This document shows, piece after piece, positions 1 to 9,213 of a DNA stretch of 32,000 nt (the first letter of the stretch is position 1; each line of letters starts with the position of its first letter). The notes beneath the pieces are model-generated. The model saw nothing but the letters and a program-made list of their open reading frames with translations. It was not told the origin of the DNA and did not search any database. The position numbers and the translations under genes were made by a program. This stretch comes from Candidatus Thorarchaeota archaeon (GTDB lineage: Archaea; Asgardarchaeota; Heimdallarchaeia; Hodarchaeales; Hodarchaeaceae), in contig JBHLRO010000019.1 in NCBI GenBank assembly GCA_048882505.1, positions 30,001-62,000 on the forward strand, given 5' to 3'.

Positions 1-1435
1 AACTGGTATCTAAATCCCTTTCTCTTCGGCCCATATCTCGGTGAGATCCAACGATATTTCCCTTAATGGGCCTCTTCATTACTCGTCGTTTCGATTCGCC
101 CGAAGGTGTAATATAATATTCATAGGGAGTTCTGCAATAGTCTTTTATTCGAATAGTTTTTGCAAAGAAATTCTTGAATGTTCCAGTGCCATAACGAGCT
201 CCCCATACATTATTTTCAACTGGATTTAAGGCATTTACATAGGCGTGTTTTCGATAAAGATTATAGACATAGTGATTCTTGCGGTGATATTCACACAAAA
301 GGTTCTGGTATTCTAAGGCAGTAGAAAATGTAATCAATAGAAATTCTCGGATGTTTTCGTCTGTAATCCTGAGAATCGCATTTAATAGCTTACCCAGAGA
401 GAGCAACTGTCGCTCATTGAACATCTCTGCAAATGTATTTATGCCGTGGTTGTGTAGTTCTTTAGTTTTGTCCCCTGGAGGGATTTCTTGAGACGGAACA
501 GGGAGTATGTCTTTCATGGCAGCCCATTCGGTTTTTGCCTTTTCAAAAAGAAGTAGATCGGAGTTCCCTGCACGTTTATATCTACGTTTCATGCACGACG
601 AGCAGTAATATTCTATAGCATACAACCGCATACGTCTTTTCTGGGATAGATTTGCAGACACTATTCTGTTTGAATGGTTACAGGCTGGACAACGGTAATA
701 GCCACGTTTTGCAGTGAACTCGGTAGGATCGAATTCTTTTGCGCATTCAGGACATTTAACTTGCGTTATAGCGCTAGATGTAAAAATTTGCTCACATTCG
801 GGACAAATAACGTGTATAGATGCCTTCTTTTTTTCGTAAGCGAAAATATAACTGCGAAACAAAGCAATCTCCGTTTTGCAATTCTCACAGGTGATTTCCT
901 TTATCCAAAAATAATACATTACGTCAGCTTCGAGAGAACAGACATCACATGGTGTTTTGTAGTATTCTAGCAACTCTTGTCTTAGATCTGCTGATAAATT
1001 CTGAAACTCTGCTTCAAGAATATCTAAATCAACGGAATCAACACTTTTTTTTACAGTAAACCATGCTACAGGATTTAAATCACCTCCAATGACTTTTCCA
1101 AAGCCTAAACGAACCGCTTCAAGGATGGTAGTGCCCCCACCCATAAAAGGATCCAGGATGGATAGTTCGGAAAAATTGTATTCTTTTAGATATGTCTGCC
1201 AGAATTCTTCTTCACTCTCATACACGTGTTGCCCAGATAGATTGGTTGCGCTGTAAATCAAAATCGACCTGAAGACTGAACCAAGACGTCGAGCAAACCA
1301 TTTATGCAGTGTAAGGACTGGCCTGTAATATCGTTTTGCGTTGCTTTCCCTGTAGGCTAACTTGCTTACTAATGTATAAGGAAAATAGTACTCAATTGTT
1401 TTCCTAATTGAACAGGGAGAAGGACTATCTGTCAT
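1..1435 (-). CDS. DUF1156/COG1743 adenine-specific DNA methyltransferase with Zn ribbons, partial (C-terminus runs off the left edge; absent from ORF track)
   Basis: Hand translation from ATG at 1435 is open to the window edge (478 codons): MTDSPSPCSIRK...RPVLTLHKWFARRLGSVFRSIL...LDPFMGGGTT (SAM motif I)...six CxxC (CDVC, CENC, CPEC, CPEC, CPAC, CSSC)...FNERQLLSLG...VENNVWG. Colinear with the 3265 gene. Confidence 0.9.
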   Translation of the reverse strand, partial: MTDSPSPCSIRKTIEYYFPYTLVSKLAYRESNAKRYYRPVLTLHKWFARRLGSVFRSILIYSATNLSGQHVYESEEEFWQTYLKEYNFSELSILDPFMGGGTTILEAVRLGFGKVIGGDLNPVAWFTVKKSVDSVDLDILEAEFQNLSADLRQELLEYYKTPCDVCSLEADVMYYFWIKEITCENCKTEIALFRSYIFAYEKKKASIHVICPECEQIFTSSAITQVKCPECAKEFDPTEFTAKRGYYRCPACNHSNRIVSANLSQKRRMRLYAIEYYCSSCMKRRYKRAGNSDLLLFEKAKTEWAAMKDILPVPSQEIPPGDKTKELHNHGINTFAEMFNERQLLSLGKLLNAILRITDENIREFLLITFSTALEYQNLLCEYHRKNHYVYNLYRKHAYVNALNPVENNVWGARYGTGTFKNFFAKTIRIKDYCRTPYEYYITPSGESKRRVMKRPIKGNIVGSHRDMGRRERDLDTS

Positions 1436-1501
1436 ACTGTGCTCACACAATTGAAATAGTCATAGATTAAACCAAAGCGGTATTAACCGAGAATAATTTT
1501 C

Positions 1502-2506
1502 TCAGGAGGTTGGAATGTGAATTCCAAAGGCTAGAACTGGCAAATATATAAGAGCAGCAAATATTGCTGATACAGGAGTGGTTATAACCCAGCTTAATCC
1601 GATTTCTTTTAATGAATCCCTATCAACTTTCTCCTTATTTACAAAACCAACACCAATGAAGGCTGCAACTAAAATGTGGGATCCTGACAGGGGTATCCCC
1701 ATCAATGTCCCAAAAAACATGATGAAGCTTACTGAAATCGATGCTGATAGAGCGGATGTCGGAGAAAGAGCAACTACATCTGAGGAAAGCTTTTTCACTA
1801 CCCGTCTCCCAATCAATATGACTCCTAAACACATACCCAATCCTCCCGCGAACAGTGCAGGAAAGGGATCGGCGCTGAACTCTTCTATGGCCATTAAAGG
1901 TCCGATGGCCTTGGCTACGTCGTTTCCAGCGCGACTGAAAACCGAAACCAGAAGGAAGACAGCCAAAGCATAAGAGGCTATCTTTTCTTGACGTTCATAA
2001 TCAGAATACCCCTTCGTTTTGATACGACTCCTACCTTTCATTATAAGCAAGTAAAAAGCAAACCCGCCAAGCAAACCAAGTAAGGGGGAAATAATCCAGC
2101 TCATAACTACCCAGAATAATGTTTCATAATTCAGACCACTAAGGCCTCCCCCTGGTGCAAGTAGTACAACCCCAACCACAGATCCTACTACACTTTGGGT
2201 TGTACTGATGGGAACTCCTTTGATTGATACGATAAACAACCAGATAGCCATAGAGACGAGTATTACAAACACCATTTCCAAGGTTAAAGTAAAAGTAGCA
2301 AATTTACCGCCCACAGTTTTTGACACAGATTGGCCTAGAATGAAAACCCCAAATAGATTGAATATTCCCCCTAGTAATACCGCTAAACTCAATGTCAATA
2401 AGCCTGCACCTACTGCGGGTGTCATTGTTTCGTCATTGGCGCCAATTGCAATAGCAACCACAAATCCGAGTATGAGCGAACCATATAGGATAATTGGATC
2501 GGTCAT
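1502..2506 (-). CDS. Inorganic phosphate transporter, PiT family
   Basis: Multi-TM protein with two PiT repeat signatures (IGANDE and AGNDVAKAIGP) plus PISTTQ/PLSGSH motifs; adjacent to DUF47. Confidence 0.9.
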   Translation of the reverse strand: MTDPIILYGSLILGFVVAIAIGANDETMTPAVGAGLLTLSLAVLLGGIFNLFGVFILGQSVSKTVGGKFATFTLTLEMVFVILVSMAIWLFIVSIKGVPISTTQSVVGSVVGVVLLAPGGGLSGLNYETLFWVVMSWIISPLLGLLGGFAFYLLIMKGRSRIKTKGYSDYERQEKIASYALAVFLLVSVFSRAGNDVAKAIGPLMAIEEFSADPFPALFAGGLGMCLGVILIGRRVVKKLSSDVVALSPTSALSASISVSFIMFFGTLMGIPLSGSHILVAAFIGVGFVNKEKVDRDSLKEIGLSWVITTPVSAIFAALIYLPVLAFGIHIPTS

Positions 2507-2540
2507 GGAAATTCCACTGAGGTTTGATTAGAATATGATT

Positions 2541-3194
2541 TTAGGAATGCTTAGCAATAAGAACCTTGAGATAATCTGTTCCTTCCTCAGCTTCAATAGT
2601 GATACGGGTGGAGGCGTTTAAGAGTCGTGTTGTGCCCCTAGGTAGGCGATCGTTCACAGCATTTTCTAAAACTGTGTAATAAAGATCTCGTACTTCGTCC
2701 CTAATTTCTTCTACCTGCATCGAGAGGCGAGCAGCCTCATTATAATCCTCAAAAAACGCCTTATTTGCGTTTATAAATAGATCTATTACAACTGATGTCT
2801 TCTCTAAAATTAGGTCAAACTCTTTGGGAAAATAAGTTTCGTCAATCTTCTTGAGACACAAAATCCTGACAGCGCGTTCAATTCTTCCCAGCAGTTTGTC
2901 AACATTAAGCATCATAAGATGGCGTTCCTCTCGAATCTGCGGGAGATATGCCTGTTTTCGAAAAATCGATTCGAAAAAAACATCTTTTACTTTATCGCCT
3001 TCCTTTTCAAGGTCAATAATCTCATCTCGAAGTGAGAGCCCCGTATCGAAGTTTTGGGTAATCCAAGCCTTGATGGCTTCCACATATTTCTCATATGCTA
3101 CCTTGACAGCATCCAACAGTTGAAAGAATAGCTCCTCAGCAACTTTCTGGATCTTTTTGTCTTTTATTACGTGACCAAAGTATTCGCCGGACAT
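2541..3194 (-). CDS. DUF47/PhoU-like phosphate transport regulator
   Basis: 217-aa helical protein with EKEGD and LPQIREE motifs; classic neighbour of PiT. Confidence 0.85.
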   Translation of the reverse strand: MSGEYFGHVIKDKKIQKVAEELFFQLLDAVKVAYEKYVEAIKAWITQNFDTGLSLRDEIIDLEKEGDKVKDVFFESIFRKQAYLPQIREERHLMMLNVDKLLGRIERAVRILCLKKIDETYFPKEFDLILEKTSVVIDLFINANKAFFEDYNEAARLSMQVEEIRDEVRDLYYTVLENAVNDRLPRGTTRLLNASTRITIEAEEGTDYLKVLIAKHS

Positions 3195-3264
3195 TTTTTA
3201 GTTCGCCTTTAGTTGTCTTCTTTCTAGCACCTAGTCTAAAAGGTGGTTCCAGCCTCTTTTGAAG

Positions 3265-5370
3265 TTATTTCCTAGAGAACAACGATGCCATGAGGTTTTC
3301 TAGTAGTACTGAAGCTTGGTTCAGGTTCTCAGATCTATCTTTGGAAAAACATGCGGAAACAAGAGGTAGTAATTGAGCGAATCTGAATTCATTATTAATG
3401 TTTGAAACTGGTACATCTGGCATCTGAGAGTAAGCGTGAATGTGTGTATCTAGCCTCCCCTTAAGCTCCTTAAATGCACGGTTGACAATATTTTTTGACT
3501 TAGAGGAAATTTTCCGGCATACTAGAATAAAATCACGATTTAATCCTTTAACGGGGCGTGCTCCAAATTCACTACGGATGGGCAAAGCTGCGGTGACTTG
3601 AAAATCATTTTTAGCTAGTGTAAGCAGAATTATATTCCACCCGCTACTTGTTGCATGGTGAAAAGTGAATATAAACGGTGCTTCAGTTTTCAAGACGCGA
3701 TGACATTCCTTAAAGATCCTAAAAAGTCTCGTCTGGAAGTTTTGATAATCTTTTTGGGATCCTAGGTCTTGGTCGCTTTGGATAAGGTCTGATCGAAAAC
3801 TAGGATAATCTGAAGAGTACAACATTTGCTTTAACCAGACATAAAAGAAATTAGAGATTTCTGAGTACTGAATATAATCTAAATACGGGGGATCAGTTAA
3901 GATAAAATCAATGGATTCACTGGGAATGGATTTCATCAGGCTCTCAGAACTTCCCCATTGAAGAAGCACATCGTTAGTCTGATTTGTTAAGAGATGGGAG
4001 AATGTACTTACCTGTCTGGCCTTGATGGAGTCCCCGTCAATAGGAATACGAATTTTTGAGCCATTCTGAACTGAAACTTCGAATGGCGCTTTACAATATG
4101 CTTTAGCTTTTCTAATCCGATCCAGGTACGTTAGGAAAGTCCCATTGCCCTTCTTACTTCCCCAAACATTATTCTCTACGAACATGGTAGGCACAAGAAA
4201 TGTCTGATAATTGAAGACATTCACAATCTGCTTCATAGTATAGTTATATGGACATAAAACTGTGTGAAATTCCAAACTACTTGAGAATGCCGCTGCAAAA
4301 TACTCCTTATGGTTTCGATCAGGAATTTGGCTTATAGATTTTAGAAGAAGGCCTAAACATAAGAGCTGGCGCGAGTTAAACAAATCAGTAAAATAATAAA
4401 ATCCATAATTTCGAAGATTGCTTGTCGTAGAAGCATTAACCGGAATTTTCTCTCGTGGAAAGACCAATTCATCAGTGCGATGCTCGAACTCGGATTGAGC
4501 ACGGTAATATTGGTGTATATCCTCGTCGGTGACTGTTTTATAATCGCGAGTTCCGCAACGGTTACAAAAATACTCAATAGCGATCTGTCGGGCCATCCAT
4601 TCGTATTGAAGTATTTTAAGGACATCAAGTAATCGAAAAGATTGATTACAACTAGTACAGGTGAACTCTTTTTTACGACAGTTTCCGTTGATAGGGATAA
4701 ACGTGAATTCACATTTTGGACATGATGCAGTATTTGTAACTGGGGATTTGGAATAAAATAAGTGATCGCACTTCGGACAAATCACCATAGTTTCCGAGCT
4801 TTTTCTCTGTTTTTTTCCGATAATATAATATTTGAAGAGATCTTCATTAGAATGACACGAAGGACACCGAATGGTTCTGACCCAAAAGGTATACATAATG
4901 TCTGCCTTTTCATGCTGGCATTGAGGACACTGAGTTTGATAATACGTTTTAAGCTTGGTGCCAATTTCTTGATTCAATCCGTCAGCTATTTGGTTGAATA
5001 AGGCCAGGTTAAACGGGTCAAATTCCTTTTTCGTCGTAAAAAGGGCGATCGGATTTATGTCAAATCCAATGGTCTTTAGCCCTAGACGATGCAGCTCAAC
5101 TAAACTCGTACCTCCCCCGCAGAAGGGGTCCAAAGCAATTTTGTTTTTAAACTCGTGGTTTTCATAGTACGCCCCCTTACCAGGAATATTTGAATCAAAA
5201 AGAGGCGAGGGAGAAAAGTGGGCCAACCCGATAGCCCGAAAAGTACTTCCTGGTCTGCGTGCCCAACTCTTATGTATTGAATATATTGGCCGATAAAACT
5301 GCCTTCTTTGCGATTCAATTTCTGCTAGTATAGATACATGCTCGAGGGGAAAACTACTTTCTAGGGTCAC
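3265..5370 (-). CDS. DUF1156/COG1743 adenine-specific DNA methyltransferase with Zn ribbons (probable GTG start at 5370; track start 5442)
   Basis: IHKSWARRPGSTFR N-terminal motif, DPFCGGG motif I, six CxxC, TDPPY motif IV near the C-terminus. AAGGAG lies 6 nt before GTG 5370, which removes the overlap with the upstream gene. Confidence 0.9.
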   Translation of the reverse strand: MTLESSFPLEHVSILAEIESQRRQFYRPIYSIHKSWARRPGSTFRAIGLAHFSPSPLFDSNIPGKGAYYENHEFKNKIALDPFCGGGTSLVELHRLGLKTIGFDINPIALFTTKKEFDPFNLALFNQIADGLNQEIGTKLKTYYQTQCPQCQHEKADIMYTFWVRTIRCPSCHSNEDLFKYYIIGKKQRKSSETMVICPKCDHLFYSKSPVTNTASCPKCEFTFIPINGNCRKKEFTCTSCNQSFRLLDVLKILQYEWMARQIAIEYFCNRCGTRDYKTVTDEDIHQYYRAQSEFEHRTDELVFPREKIPVNASTTSNLRNYGFYYFTDLFNSRQLLCLGLLLKSISQIPDRNHKEYFAAAFSSSLEFHTVLCPYNYTMKQIVNVFNYQTFLVPTMFVENNVWGSKKGNGTFLTYLDRIRKAKAYCKAPFEVSVQNGSKIRIPIDGDSIKARQVSTFSHLLTNQTNDVLLQWGSSESLMKSIPSESIDFILTDPPYLDYIQYSEISNFFYVWLKQMLYSSDYPSFRSDLIQSDQDLGSQKDYQNFQTRLFRIFKECHRVLKTEAPFIFTFHHATSSGWNIILLTLAKNDFQVTAALPIRSEFGARPVKGLNRDFILVCRKISSKSKNIVNRAFKELKGRLDTHIHAYSQMPDVPVSNINNEFRFAQLLPLVSACFSKDRSENLNQASVLLENLMASLFSRK

Positions 5371-5376
5371 ATTGTT

Positions 5377-5382
5377 CTCCTT
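5377..5382 (-). promoter_or_regulatory. Shine-Dalgarno element for GTG start at 5370
   Basis: Minus strand reads AAGGAG-AACAAT-GTG. Confidence 0.6.
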
Positions 5383-5395
5383 TATTTTTCCGGTT

Positions 5396-7735
5396 TTATT
5401 TGTAACGAGAGAGTTCCGTGATAAGTACGGAATGGAGTCCATCCACGAATTTAGAATCCAGACCTAATATCTCTGCGATTATTAGGTCAATCTGGTATAA
5501 AGGATTGATTGGATCCTTTTGAATGGATTCAAGGATTTTCAAGAAGGTGGGTCTCTCCTTGACAGGATTTTGAGAAGCAAATTGGACTAATTCTGTTAAA
5601 GTTTTCTTGTTTGCGAGAGAAACGTTAGAAAAATCCATAAAGCGAAAGAATTCCATGTCTGGGCCGAGTATCTGTCCATAGTTTCCACTAATCGGCCTCC
5701 ACAACGCTAGAGTATTAAAAATTCCAAAGCTGCTAGTTAAATAACAAAAATACCAGAATGATTTTTGCGGATCCATCTTAATACTCATAAAACCATCCCC
5801 TACATGCAATGGCTTACGTGAATAGAACGCGATGGTTTTTGTTGTATTCCACCCAATTTTCTGTGGGATGGCTAGGTGGGTCGACCGATCTATGGGCGGA
5901 TATAGGATAAAGGAATGAGCTCTGGGGTCAACATCATTTAATTTCAACCAATCGTTGAAGATATTACTGGATTGATTCACTCTGATATAATAGGTTTGAG
6001 GGGTTCCTTCAGGTATCAGATTAGGATATTCAGCCATTTCGTTATATCTTTTCATTGAGCGGACGACATCTGTTTGAGGAAATCTGAATCCCTTTTGCCC
6101 CCCTTTCCTAGTTTGAATATTAATGCCAGTTGGTGTGGCTGAAACGATTTCCCAGATTTTATTCGGCAGGCTAAAGAGGCGGATTGGCGCAACACGATTT
6201 CCTCTAACGATTTCTGCACAATCAGTGATGGGACTAGTTTTCATCTTAATTTTGCGCCATAAGCGAACAAAATCGTATGATCGAAAAAACACAGTCCAGC
6301 GATTGACACGGAACTCTTTTTTCGAAACTGTAAGCAGCCGAAAACCCTCGAAATCGCCATCGGAAACGGCACATTTTATGGTGTTTGTCAAATTATCGAT
6401 TTCATCTGAGGATCTGGCCGCAAGGGATTCCTGGAGAATAAGTATTTTGATTGGCCCATCGTAGTTCTTTCTTCCGATTAGGATTATTTCCTCAAATGAA
6501 GAATCGGAAAACGCAGGTTCCACATCCGATTTGACAAGATACTCGATATTGAATGTCCGAAACAAATATTGAACAATAGGCGCTGTACTTTCAGTATAAA
6601 ATATTGAAAACGGTAATATAAAAGCAACCGTCCCACCAGGTTTAAGAAAATAAGAAGTTGCAAGTAGAAAATAACCGTGTAGCCCGAGATGCTTCTTATC
6701 GATCAATTTATTGGTGGAAAAACCTCGGTTTTCAAACCATGTATACAAATGTTCTTTATACCGGGAATCTAGACGATCGCCTTGGGTAAAGGGAGGATTT
6801 CCAATCAATACATTGAATTTTTGTGGCCTCTCACCTTGATCACTCCCTTTAATTGTTGGATTAAAATAGGAACCCAGTGTTCTGTTTCCATTTATTTCAA
6901 ACACATCTCTACAGACGATCCTTGCACGATCTGTCATATTCAAGGCAGTTTGAATGCTGAGATTCATCGATGCAAACAAGCATGCCAAGGGAGAGATATC
7001 CGTGCCAAATGTATTTCGGAGTATGGATTGTTCTGGAAAAGTCGGGTCGATTTGTTTTCGTCTTTGATATGAGGCCACGAGGAGGCCCCCCGTACCACAA
7101 GCGGGATCAAAAATCGTGTCAGAGGCTTTCTCTATCGCTAAATTAGCAAGAAATCGGCTAGCTGGAATAGAGGTATAGTATGCTGCCAAAGCTTTGCGAT
7201 ACGAAGAAGGAAAAGAACGTTGTAAACTAAATCCTATGAAATCTTGTTCGGCTACATATGTTTTATAACGATCTAGAACCTTAATGATCAAGTTAACAAG
7301 ATCAAGAGTAATTTGAAGATTCTTAAGCGCCGAAACAGTTGGAATTGAAAATAACTCAATGTCATTTCCTTCAAATATCCTGCTAAACAGAGCCTTGAGA
7401 TCAGAAATTGACTCAATTTGGCTTAAGCGCTCCAAACCAAGTTGAGGTGATCGTTCCTGTAATATCAGGTAACACAAGATCTGAGCAATAAGGAGGTGGG
7501 CAATGAAGGATTGTGAAAAAGTAGCAAATTCTTCTGGTTTCCATGTGCTAAAGATTCGGACTAAATCCTGCTGGATATGCCTTTTAAAATCCGCGGTTTG
7601 GTTAAAATGTTTGGTTTCGACGTACGATACTAGTTCAGAAGTGATGTCTTCAATGAGTTTTGGCATAGGAGGAATTTGAGATTTCTTGGAACCATTAAGG
7701 GGTTTCAAGAGATATTTTAGTAACTCGGTTGGCAA
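5396..7735 (-). CDS. N6-adenine DNA methyltransferase, gamma class (N6_Mtase/Eco57I-like) with C-terminal putative target recognition region
   Basis: YYT...FDPACGTGGLL motif I followed by IGNPPF motif IV, then GTVAFILP; 779 aa; no obvious nuclease domain in the called frame. Confidence 0.88.
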   Translation of the reverse strand: MPTELLKYLLKPLNGSKKSQIPPMPKLIEDITSELVSYVETKHFNQTADFKRHIQQDLVRIFSTWKPEEFATFSQSFIAHLLIAQILCYLILQERSPQLGLERLSQIESISDLKALFSRIFEGNDIELFSIPTVSALKNLQITLDLVNLIIKVLDRYKTYVAEQDFIGFSLQRSFPSSYRKALAAYYTSIPASRFLANLAIEKASDTIFDPACGTGGLLVASYQRRKQIDPTFPEQSILRNTFGTDISPLACLFASMNLSIQTALNMTDRARIVCRDVFEINGNRTLGSYFNPTIKGSDQGERPQKFNVLIGNPPFTQGDRLDSRYKEHLYTWFENRGFSTNKLIDKKHLGLHGYFLLATSYFLKPGGTVAFILPFSIFYTESTAPIVQYLFRTFNIEYLVKSDVEPAFSDSSFEEIILIGRKNYDGPIKILILQESLAARSSDEIDNLTNTIKCAVSDGDFEGFRLLTVSKKEFRVNRWTVFFRSYDFVRLWRKIKMKTSPITDCAEIVRGNRVAPIRLFSLPNKIWEIVSATPTGINIQTRKGGQKGFRFPQTDVVRSMKRYNEMAEYPNLIPEGTPQTYYIRVNQSSNIFNDWLKLNDVDPRAHSFILYPPIDRSTHLAIPQKIGWNTTKTIAFYSRKPLHVGDGFMSIKMDPQKSFWYFCYLTSSFGIFNTLALWRPISGNYGQILGPDMEFFRFMDFSNVSLANKKTLTELVQFASQNPVKERPTFLKILESIQKDPINPLYQIDLIIAEILGLDSKFVDGLHSVLITELSRYK

Positions 7736-7866
7736 ATTCTTTGAAATAGTAATTCACTCCGTAGTTTTAACGATCCTAATTGCGATTCAACTCCTCCGCA
7801 AATAATACCATAACTCGTCAATCCCTTTACAAAAAGGTCAATTTCAAGTTCTTCGTTGTCAATCAT
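7717..7866 (-). CDS. Possible 49-aa small ORF overlapping the MTase start (shorter than any ORF in the track)
   Basis: ATG 7866 to TAA 7717: MIDNEELEIDLFVKGLTSYGIICGGVESQLGSLKLRSELLFQRICQPSY; fills the intergenic gap. Confidence 0.3.
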   Translation of the reverse strand: MIDNEELEIDLFVKGLTSYGIICGGVESQLGSLKLRSELLFQRICQPSY

Positions 7867-7890
7867 TTCACGTCAGAAAGTATTTTTGAG

Positions 7891-9072
7891 TTATGTGTTA
7901 ATGAATGGGTTTAATTTTTTTAAAAAACGAGTGGCAATTTGAGATTGGACTTCTGTCCCTTTTTCTAGCCATTGATTCATAATCGATTCCAGTGTCGTGC
8001 CGAGATCAGGGAAATCTTCATCAACGACATTGTTATTTACGATTTTATCTTCAAGGATTTCATCAAGCGCGTTTTCAATCAGATTCTGAGTTTTTATACG
8101 GGTTACTGGTCTATTCAACCATGGAATAAGGTGGTGAACCGCTTCAAAAGGCGCGGCTCCAATAAGCTGAGCAAGTACATGCTTCAAGATCCATTCAACA
8201 TTCTCATTTGATATATTGAGTACAGGCCGAAGGTAATTTAGGGCACGCCGAGGTTGGGAACGTCCAGGTACTTCAACACCGTGAATTAACCAATCTATAA
8301 GATAGGGTTCTTGGCTTTCCACCCACTCTTTTGTATTCTCGAACATTTCCTCTGAATAATTACGCCAGGACGCATAAAGGATGAAATCCAATACACGAGT
8401 ATATGCTTCTTTTTTCATCAATAACAATCTACGATATGATTCTAATTTCTGGAGGTCAGGCTGGGGATTATAGAAATGGTCTACTAGTAGAAGAAAGGGG
8501 AGAATTGATTGGGATAGGGATGTAATTTCTTGAAAGGTTAGCGAAGTTAAAGATACTTGCTGTTTTTTCAAGGTTTTTGCGACAATCTCGCCTGCTTTCT
8601 TCAGTGACGGGAAGTGATTCCTACGATCCCATTTCTCGAAATCTAGGGTCAATGAGTCGAAGTCTCGACTTCGTATCTTTCCCCAAACTGTTTGAATCTC
8701 TTGTCTTATTTCCCTCTCCGTTTCAGGAATCAATTGCGTCAAATCTGGATACAAAGGGGATCCTTTGGAATTGATCTGATTTGGTATCTGGATAGATTCA
8801 ACCGACCCTAATGATTTAAGAACCAGTAGCTTTATTGTTTCTTTGGTTCCCTTCAAGTGATCAGATTTTTCTTGTAATATTGCTTCGATACGTTCAGATT
8901 GCCTTTCAGAGATCCGCCAGCGTTTTCTCTCTTCTTCAGTAAGTCTCAGTGACACATATCCTTTTGAAAGCCATATTTCAATATTATTAGACCAATAAAG
9001 CTCTCGAAGAATTGGGATCCATGATGGATCCAGATGAGCGACCAAAACAGAGCTTAAATCAGCAGAAGTCAT
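7891..9072 (-). CDS. Hypothetical protein, 393 aa, predicted mostly alpha-helical (possible HEAT-like C-terminal half)
   Basis: Long ORF with amphipathic helical pattern; no catalytic motif recognised. Confidence 0.7.
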   Translation of the reverse strand: MTSADLSSVLVAHLDPSWIPILRELYWSNNIEIWLSKGYVSLRLTEEERKRWRISERQSERIEAILQEKSDHLKGTKETIKLLVLKSLGSVESIQIPNQINSKGSPLYPDLTQLIPETEREIRQEIQTVWGKIRSRDFDSLTLDFEKWDRRNHFPSLKKAGEIVAKTLKKQQVSLTSLTFQEITSLSQSILPFLLLVDHFYNPQPDLQKLESYRRLLLMKKEAYTRVLDFILYASWRNYSEEMFENTKEWVESQEPYLIDWLIHGVEVPGRSQPRRALNYLRPVLNISNENVEWILKHVLAQLIGAAPFEAVHHLIPWLNRPVTRIKTQNLIENALDEILEDKIVNNNVVDEDFPDLGTTLESIMNQWLEKGTEVQSQIATRFLKKLNPFINT

Positions 9073-9213
9073 TCATTTCTACCCTTGCCCCGATATTTGT
9101 TCCTTTCATTTGAATGTTGGTTTTCTACTTGGAGCTTTTCGACCACGATTTCGCCCTGGGGTAGGTAGGTTTAGGATAGGAATCCTGCTCTCGGCCGCTT
9201 TAGGTAGATTTTA

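Noticed and set aside
5371-5442. Track's longer start for the second DUF1156 gene
   Set aside because: It overlaps the upstream MTase; an SD-backed GTG at 5370 is more plausible.
41-8774. Short or antisense ORFs in the track (e.g. 41-229, 674-970, 1578-1973, 2208-2531, 6123-6464, 7972-8211) and similar ones later in the window
   Set aside because: They lie inside motif-supported genes on another frame or strand and show no recognisable motifs.
1-9072. Assignment to BREX, DISARM or the DUF499 restriction-like system
   Set aside because: No PglZ, BrxC, DUF499, SNF2 helicase or DUF1998 gene is recognisable in the window.
9073-9213. Short CTACC/CCTA-type repeats in the spacer
   Set aside because: Too short and irregular for a CRISPR array or iteron set.
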